DNA of 64,000 nucleotides from positions 186,001 through 250,000 of the forward strand of contig NW_025767589.1 of NCBI RefSeq assembly GCF_003918875.1, in the 5' to 3' direction. Under the pieces are notes generated by a model. That model had not been told where the DNA came from and searched no databases. It was given only the letters and a program-made list of their open reading frames with translations. Shown here piece after piece: positions 54,776 to 64,000 of the stretch (the first letter of the stretch is position 1; each line of letters begins with the position of its first letter). Made by a program: the position numbers and the translations under genes. Source of the DNA: Haliotis rubra (lineage: Eukaryota).

Positions 54776-57150
54776 CAAATTAATGTCATATGTGTACAAA
54801 TGCATGTTGCATTAGTAAAATGGAGGAATGTTTCTCGATAATAGAGAAATTTACCAATAATATTCGTAAGACGGGCTTGGTGCAGTTCGGCCCATGGTTT
54901 ATGCACTTTGATGTCAGTAATTCCTCTTGGTACCCGGTGTTTAAAGAACCGTTGTAGTTTTAGATACAAAGATAGTAGATATATATTTAGATAGATATAT
55001 TACATACTCCGTGAGTATACAAGACAGTTGTGTAAATATCTCTGTGCAAAAAGCGTTGTTGATTAGCCTTTTACATTGTTTCTGGTATGTACTCTCTGGC
55101 CAAAGCTGTTACTTACCATTCGTGTCCCAGGAATATCGAAGAGGAGTTTAGTGGGAGGAATAGGATATGTTTCTAACATTTATCAGTAATATTGACACCT
55201 GAAACGAATACATATTAACATGTTCTTTGACCAGAATGTATCTGAAGATGGAATATGTTTTGAATGTCTAAACTTGTTATGAAGTCGATATTCAGTAAAC
55301 GGGTTTGCAAACCAAAAATAAATCACAGAACTCAACATCATCTTTAACTTTAGATTAGAAAGGGTTCAGATGTTAAACCAAAACACTTCTGAAGCCACGC
55401 TTAGGACGTTCATCTAAGATAAAGGCACTCATAACTACATTCATTTGAGCTAGTCAAAACATGTAGAACATCATTAATGGCTTTCAACATGGTTCATGTT
55501 GAAAGCTGACATTTTGCAATCCCCTGTTTTCACGTGCATGCCGTGTTCAGGGGAACTCTTCAATTACCTTTGAAGGACACCCCAACAGCTGGTATATTCA
55601 CTATTTGTTTGCATCTCATAAACAGTAATGGTTATGATTTTGTCAGGCTGGTATTGTACTGAGGTTGCTGGTCCATGTACAATACACTAATATGAAATCG
55701 CGTTGTATGTGAATAAGGTTATCTTAAATACATTCGTTTACATGTAGAGTATATTTTTTCCAATTACATCTTCTTTCTTTGTTCTTTCACATAGTTGTCT
55801 ATGTGTTTCAATGGGATAGTAGGGATATTTCAGATCCCATACTAACATTTTCGAAATATGGCACAAAGCTTGTTGGAAAGGACAGTCAGCTCATATGGTT
55901 GCATTATAGAAAAAAATAATCGAAATTTAGAAAATATACAATTCGTTGAAATAAGGAAATACTGAATAGCCTTCTTTTGGATAGCCTTAGCATGTGTCCA
56001 GTTGAGAAAAAAAAATGCCACATTTAAACGAGGGAAAATTCGCACAAGAACTTCAATATGTTGTCTTTGTATTTCAAAAGGTAGCAGAATAATGATTGCA
56101 TTATGATTTCTGTATAACAAAGGCATCTTTTCGGTTCCATTTGAAATGGTTCGTCCACTGTTCGCCCACAACTTTAATGCAACATCGAAACACCTGAAAA
56201 CTGTTATCATACAGAAAGGTGCGTCTATTGACAGTTTAGTCTATCCCATGACGAACAAGCTGAATCAGTTGACGGACAAACGAATTTGGTTATATCTATT
56301 CATACATACATTCCTGCGACAGGTGATCTGTGGCTGAGTAATTTCCATTTTTGACTGGTTTTAGAAATGTATTTCCATCCATGTGGCGCCTACCATATTT
56401 GAAATGTAAAGCAAGTCCATTTATATTACAAAAGATAAAACCATGTACATGTAGAACTATCATCTGAGTATCGATGAAACACCTCCACAGATCATTCGTT
56501 CAATGCAGCCTCGTAACGAAAGATATTTCCAACTGAGATTCGAACAAATAATATATGTTCCAAAAGTTTTGTCCTGGTTCATAGATATTGATGGTTTTTT
56601 GTTCAGTTTATTTCCGATGATTATAGATGCTTCTTGTGAGATAGCTAGAGACATTGCAACTTCTGTTTTACTAATATTCTGTATAGGATGTGACTCTTTT
56701 GATTCAATAGTAATGGTCACGTGTTCCTCTCAAGTGCTATCTGCAGACTGCAAGTCCTGTGGAACTTTTTTAGCCTCTTATCTAAAAAATACATTAATGT
56801 TACAATAATTAATTATCTGGTATCACGAATCAGAAAAGACTTCCCTGTTTTTGAGTTGGCATATAGCAAACGATATCAAAACACACAGAGGAAATAACAA
56901 CTGAACCAGAGGATACAAGACATGCGTGAAAATACGCCATACATAATTATAAAAGATACGTAGTATTCTGAAACGAACGCATGTCGATAATGTTAAAGAA
57001 AGTAGAAGTTATAAAGAATAATTCAAGCCCTCGCTGATAAGTCGTCAGATCTGACCTGACCCGATCAAGATGGAAGCAACCCTGATACCATCTGCGATGT
57101 TGACCTTAGGACGGATCCGTGAGTCACATGCATACGTAGGATGAGAATGT

Positions 57151-57428
57151 GAGTGAGTGAGTGAGTGAGTTTAGTTTTTATGCCGCACTCAGCAATATTC
57201 CAGCTATATGGCGGCGGTCTGTAAATAATCGAGTCTGGACCAGACAATCCAGTGGTCAACAGCATGAGCATCGATCTGCGCAATTGGGAACCGATAACAT
57301 GTGTCAACCAAGTCAGCGAGCCTGACCACCCGATCCCGTTAGTCGCCTCTTACGACAAGCATAGTCGCCTTTTATGGCAAGCACATGGGTTGCTGAAGAT
57401 CTATTCTACCCCGGCATCTTCACGGGTC
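57151..57428 (-). mobile_element. SINE-like repeat family 2
   Basis: TSD aggatgagaatgt; (gagt)n tail. Confidence 0.9.
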
Positions 57429-59067
57429 AGGATGAGAATGTAGTGAGTGCGAGCTGTTCATACTCGACTCAACTGTTCTACATTGTACCCTTAGATTGAT
57501 CAAAGTTGTAGCTGTGTGTCTTTCTCTTCTAAGAGCTAATATCTCATGAAATCCTTCTGAAAAGCATGTACGTGTTTCTGAGGAATTGTGACCGGGACAA
57601 CAAAGGTGAAAGCTGATCACCCACGATCTTATCGAGTGTTTTGAAACGACTGTGAAAACCTGCTGTCAATACCCAGCGTCGCTATTGACTAAAGTCGCCC
57701 TTTATAACAGATGAATACGCGTAGAATTACACGTAGAGTAGACTTAACCGTTAGCACAGTTTGACTGGGTATTTCACTTCCTGGTTGCTCAACATGGCGG
57801 GTGTCAGGATATTCGTTGTAGTGGTCTTACTTCGATGGATACAGTTGGCATCATGTGAGTAGATCAACTTGGTTAATTACTACGAGACGTTTTCCTCCCG
57901 ACCGCTCACAGCACTACTCCGGGGGTCCCTACCACCCAGTTCTGTTATCCCTTCCAAAGCAACCCTGTATTCTCCAATCACCGTGTTCAATCATCCCTAA
58001 CCAGTTATTTTATCACCACTACTCAAGGGATGTATCAAATCCGCCCGAGCCTTGTCATCTCAGCCCCAAACCAACCTTTCTGCCATACTTAACCCCGGGT
58101 CCAGTCATTTCTAGATCTGGATTCTGTCAATTCTACCCAAAGCCCTATTACCCCTTTTCTTGCTCATCTTATCCCTACTTTGGGAACCCAACCTAAGCGT
58201 GATTATACCGCTAAGGTGTGGTCCTATCATCAACGTCCCCAGATCACTTTGTCCTTACCTCAGCTCATAACACCCCTAACCTGCTGCCCAGTTATTCCTA
58301 TCCAAATTTCATAACACCCCGGGCTTGTGGCTCTGTCCTGCCTACTCCTGGGTCTTGTCCCTATCCTATACCATGGGCATTGCAGTTCTATTTCGGGGTC
58401 CTGTCATCCCACATCCCGGATCACATGAGGTAAACATGCACTTGTACTAATGGTTCGCTTACCCGAGGGATGCTGCAAATGTAGCTCTCTTTCCTCATCA
58501 ACAGCCAACTGAAGCTGAATTTCTCCTCGATATTTGATCAAATCTTGAACACATCAAAGAGGTACAATGGGTGGGGTTAATGCATATTCAGTGTTGAAAC
58601 GTCTAAGTTGTAGGCATTTCACTTTCTTGTTTAGGGTATTGGGATAGCATCGCTATTGCTGTAAGTTGGGTGATAAAATGACTCAATGTTTGATGATATA
58701 CAAATCAGGCAAAGGATAAAGCTAATAGCTAACATCTGAAGGGTTACCGTAAATCTAGCCAGGGTCCATGCAGGAAGCAAAAGTACTGTAAGTAGCCAGT
58801 ATGGTGATCTACCTTCAGTTGTTGGCAATCTATAGCTTGTTTTTATATTGTCGTGTCATGTATAGTTAAACTATCTAGATTTGATTACTAGTTTTATATT
58901 TATATCTGTGATAATCTAGTTGTTTTACTGTCCTTCGTTGACAGATTTTTATAATTTACCTTTAATTATTATTAATCTATAACTTGATTTAGTCACGATA
59001 TGGCTGAAATATTGCCAAAGTGACTTTAAATTTTAACTCACTCACTCATTTCATATTGTCTTGTCAT

Positions 59068-59372
59068 ATGAGGTGAGGTGAAATTGGGTTTAGCATCGTG
59101 CTCATATGACGACTTGCATGCGTGTGTATGTGTATGTGCGGCTGCTTGTACTAGTCCAGGCTGAAGCTGGTTTTATAGTGCGAGCCCACTGAGATACCAT
59201 GCCGCAGTTAAGCAAGAATACCCCACACAGACACATTATACTGACTCCGCGCCGACCTGTCCTTGATGTACCCATTAATGCCGAGCGCCAGGCAGGGACC
59301 AACAAGTGCCATATTTTAACGACGCGGTCGGGGATCGAACCACGCTCTAACCACTACACCACGGAGGCGGTC
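59068..59372 (-). mobile_element. tRNA-derived SINE family 3
   Basis: Minus-strand A/B boxes (gtgtagtgg, ggttcgatccc). TSD tcttgtcat. Empty site in copy A near 11691. Confidence 0.8.
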
Positions 59373-59583
59373 TCTTGTCATGTGAAGTTAAAATGGTTTA
59401 AATGTAATTACTAGTCTTAAAATATATATCTGTGATAATCTAGTTGTTTTCCTGTCTTTAGTTGACAGGTTTTTATGATTTACTTTTAATTATTTTAATT
59501 CTATAATTTGATTTAGTCATAATATGGTTTAAATATAGAGGATGTGACTTAAACCCTTAACTCACTCACTCACACAAGTTGAT

Positions 59584-59823
59584 ACCCGTGAAGATCCGGG
59601 TTAGAATTGGTCTTCAGTAACCCATGCTTGTCGTAAGAGGCGACTCAGGTGGTCAGGCTCGCTGACTTACTTGACACATGTCATCGTATCCCAATTGTGT
59701 AGATCGATGTCCATGCTGTTGATGACTGGATAGTGTGGTCATGACTCGATAATGTACAGACCGCGACGATATAGCTGAAATAATGTTCAATGCGGCGTTA
59801 CACAACAAACCAACCAGCCACTG
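59584..59823 (+). mobile_element. SINE-like repeat family 2 (older copy)
   Basis: Same core; TSD aagttgat; empty site in copy A near 11901. Confidence 0.85.
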
Positions 59824-60656
59824 AAGTTGATGATAAACGGACGCTCAATCGTCAGAGACTAGAACTTTGTATTTGAATATCACACCTCTGTATCTCCCTA
59901 CAGGTTCCTGTCAACCAGGAAGATTTGGAGACTCCTGTAGCTACTCCTGTCACTGCGGGACATCATGTGACGAGACTACAGGTGCCTGTTCTGGTTCTTG
60001 TGATCCGGGATGGAGAAAGGAAGGGGGTCTTTGCCAGAAACGTGAGTGACATATATATTTAATGCTTTCCTATGGCTGTGTTGAATATCCTGCTCTGGTC
60101 GGTGTGAAAACAGCCTCTTGTTACGAATCATTATGAATTGCATGATGATCCCTTAACACCGTATAAAATATTTGTAATACAACAGATAGGTTGTAGGGTT
60201 GTGGCTGACATAAAAATATGAACTAGGATCTCCCCATAACTAAACTGTCACTATACATGTAAACGTAACCTTTTCACCATTACCTCATACTGGTATGTGT
60301 ATGGATTTTATGAGGGCATGCGTATTGTCCACAGAAGAAGACAGCATCAACAACATCTGTAGTGTGTGGAGACTGGTACCCGTCAGACTATAGATGGGGC
60401 AGTGACGTTACATGATTATTGTACTTTACAGAAAATATTGCACTGAACAAGAGCATCAACAACATCTGGAGTGTACACAGACTGGTACCCGTCAAAGGCT
60501 GTGGTTGGAGACAGTGACATAAAGGGTGAGGGTAAAACCTGTTTCCACGCTGCTGGATCTCCGTCAGACTGGACAGTGGATCTGGGCCGGGACTTCCAGC
60601 TGTATGACATCAGGATCTACAGTAGAAGCCCACGTAGGTATCCAGGCATCGGGAAC

Positions 60657-60692
<36 letters not shown>

Positions 60693-60698
60693 TATATA
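60657..60698. repeat. (TA)n microsatellite
   Basis: Direct observation; absent in copy A. Confidence 0.9.
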
Positions 60699-63600
60699 CA
60701 ATTGAATTATTCACAACGGCGCTCCAAGAAAGAACGATGCTATTTAGATTGTTATGTATCACCTTAGACTCACCTTAGACACTCTGCTGAAGTCTAGTTC
60801 ATCATTACAGTAATCAAACACATGAAAAAGTAACTTCACAAACCAACACCATGTGAGCAATTACGTAATCTTTTAACAAATGTTCTGCTGACAACATATA
60901 TATCAACCTATTTAAACACTCCACCTCAAGGTTCTATACAACAACTATGTGGTGAACAAAATAGAGACGGACACTCAGATATGTGCAAGTGGCTGGTATT
61001 GCTCTATCTGACGAGGGATATGTTCCTTATACGCTGGTGATCAACCTATAGCAATAACAGTGCTGTCTGATTACCTAATATACCTCAACGAGTGAAAACT
61101 AGACTTAGTTATAGCTATTCTGTTATATAAGTGATTTACATATTGAAAGAAAACATGGCCATTCCGCTGATGTAAGGGAACTTATAACAATAACAGCAGT
61201 AGTGGCTCTTATTGTTAGAATAACGTATTAACAAATTTGATGCTAAGAATTTTTACTGTTGACTGTATAATCTGGTTCAGTGCATAACATGTGCATCCAG
61301 ATGATTCTTGAGCTTCAGTGTGATGTTTCTGTTTGCAAATGAACGAGTTTTTATGTAATTATTCCAAACATCTTCTGCTCTAATGCATATATTGTTTGAC
61401 TGGATGCCACCTCTCAATTACGTCATTAGTCCATTGCATGAACATAGTTTTGTGATCTGATAATGAAGCTGACACAGTATTATAGTGTAACGTAGTCTGA
61501 AACAGTATATGTTTTACTCAAGTCTACTGGAGAAATGCCAACTCCAACATCTATCTGAACAACGACACCTCCAACATCTGCTCCACCCTCCCGAGTCCAC
61601 CAGATACCCCCAACCCAACTGACGTGACGTGTAACGGTACCGGCAGATACGTCACCATCAGGAACCCGGGAACTGGAGGAAGCGATGGCTATGCTAGTGC
61701 ACTGAACATCTGTGAGGTGGAGATCTATGGTAAGTCATTTATTGTATTTACAACTGATTCTCCATTCGTGTGCTAATGATACACATGTGTTTCTTTGTAC
61801 TTTCACAGCAATATCCGAGGTTTTGTAAGGTTTGTGTCCGAATTTTCTCTCAGCATTTAAGAAGCATTATCAAACACTGTGAAAGTGTGACAGTGTTGAC
61901 TGGGCATATCCATTTCGGTATAAGTGGCTAACGGGAGTGGGTATACTGACGCGTCCGTTTCTAGTCGACAAAATGCATTAATAGCTAACGTGACGGATGT
62001 CATAATATACTTGCAATAAAGCAATAATAATGTTATGGAATGAGTTAATGCTTTTGGTATCTGGCGAGACAAGGCTAATTCAGTATTCTGTATCAGGATC
62101 TTGTTAAGACACCTTGTCGTTAAGAAGTCTATATAAGGTACATATTATTTGAAATAAACAGCAGATGTTAATACTGAACAATTATCTAGGTTTTCCGGTA
62201 GGTTCAGCCATCTGGTTCACTGTTTTGTTAGTCGCTGCATTCTTCACAAGAGATAGATTTCGAGTGATGGATGCAGGCGGTAAAAGTAGGATATGCTTAC
62301 CCCTTTCACCTATATCTGATGTCATCACTGATCTTCGGAGGTTTATGTAGTGTTTTGAAATTGTGAGTGTCAATTTCCATTTTGCCCTAATGGAGTCTGT
62401 TTCGTCTGATGATCGAGACTGTTTAATATTCTCTGGAGCTGACTATTTGACAAAATCCACATGTTTTCAACATTTGCATTACCAAACAGACAGACATGAC
62501 TCCATTCTCCCATTATGTTTTATATATGATTATCTATTTGGATGTCACGTTGACAATTGCTAATTTGTTTATGGAAACTCTGGTTCTGGTTCTGTAGAAT
62601 GATGCACTTGACCATTTAGCGCCACCCATTCAGTAACATATCTAGACTGTATCTTTAAGGCTAAACATGGTGTTGTTTCTTGAGCATCAATGCGTCAATT
62701 ATCTGATTGCGAATAAAAACCCATTGTTTTCATATTCCTTTTGTCCAATAGCTGTGAAGCACATTGCACAAAAACTTGACAAATGGCAGTGACTATGATA
62801 TGAACTACGTTGCATTTGTTGGTATTATTATTGAGAAATATTGATGGGCAAAATACTGAAAATGGCGGATGATAGTCGTGACATACTGAAGATAGAACCA
62901 TAACTGTAACAAATCAAATAAGTAAAAGTAGTATAATGTTCATCCATTCGATATATCCACAATTTCCATTCTTGTCTTTATGTACTTATCTTCTCTTAAT
63001 AATGCACCAGCTTGCAGCCTAGGAATCTATGGAGCAATGTGCAATACGTTCTGTCACTGCCTGAATTCAACATGTGCTCGCTTGACTGGATTATGTCCTG
63101 GAGACTGTAGACCAGGGTGGCAGGGTCAGAGATGTGATACAGGTGAGACGTTTGTACTGTCAGGATAGGTGGGTTCCAGTCAGTGGTACTGGAGAGTGTA
63201 GATACGTATACGGGCCAAGGTATACTCGCCCAATTGTTGACTGTGACTTCAGGTTAGTCATAATTGATGCGAGGGAATAACAAGACTCACTTTGGCCTCG
63301 TTTCTAGGGGAATGTTAAGTGGTGGATCGACATCACCGCAGAACTCGTTTCACACACTTACCTGGGAAGCTTTAAAACACTAATGTTACTTTCCTTTATC
63401 TTCACCAATCACCTCTTAATCCACTGTAACAGCATCAACCTTGCCTTTTGAATCTTACCCCAGCTTTGTATATCATTAGATTATCAGCCACCCTTCTGTA
63501 CACCAATTAGACTCGTTGGCTTCTATCACTTACCAACTTAATCCACTGTAACACACCATATCTGCTTTTGTATATTATATTCACTTTCATCTTACAATCC

Positions 63601-64000
63601 CCTATTTATTGTTTACACATGCTTAAAATCACTCTGGCTTTATGTACATTACTAGTATCCTGTATAACTGTTAGTTAGCATTCACCTGTATGTAATCACT
63701 ACTAACATATTCCAGAATGTCATTCCAAACATTATGGATCCAACTGTCTTGGGGTATGCTCCTCCAGGAACTGTGAGGGAAACTCTTCCTGTAACTCAAC
63801 AGGGACCTGTGACAGTGGATGTCTGACAGGGTGGACACAGGCAGACTGTACAGGTAATGTCACTTATGAGGGTCACTAGCGTGGTTGGCAGTTAGTATAA
63901 CTGATTGAGACGCTGTCTGGGAGCATAGGCATTTTCCACTTGAATAACTTTCCTAATATGTACAGGTCATGTGAAACATGACAATGGCAAACTTTGTTAA

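Larger units (their letters stand above)
57794..63853 (+). pseudogene. Copy C: EGF / F-type lectin / EGF receptor paralog, frameshifted, continues beyond the window
   Basis: Exons 57794-57854, 59904-60041, 60432-60633 (202 nt against 204 in A and B; 2-nt deletion), 61523-61729, 63011-63142, 63716-63853. Confidence 0.85.

Overview
Eukaryotic, intron-rich animal DNA with two assembly gaps. The repeat content and gene types suggest a mollusc, probably a gastropod (inference). The window holds a head-to-tail tandem array of three paralogous single-pass receptor genes on the + strand. They share one ectodomain plan: signal peptide, EGF-like, F-type lectin (FTP/fucolectin) domain, then several EGF-like exons. 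Copy A (10475-19842) ends in a short cytoplasmic tail with an ITAM-like YxxL-x12-YxxI motif and carries several lesions. Copy B (23561-49686, 25 coding exons read by hand, apparently intact) ends in a receptor tyrosine phosphatase with an intact D1 and a degenerate D2. Copy C (57794 to past the window end) is frameshifted in the lectin exon. Differences between copies concentrate in the sugar-binding loops of the lectin domain, and partial loop-coding exon copies lie beside the lectin exons. This looks like a paired activating/inhibitory, hypervariable lectin-receptor cluster. Introns and intergenic DNA are filled with Tc1/mariner copies, an I/Nimb-type LINE, a Tx1/L1-type LINE, Harbinger-, Kolobok- and pogo-like non-autonomous elements, several SINE families and a 56-bp minisatellite. 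All exon boundaries were read manually and need RNA confirmation.
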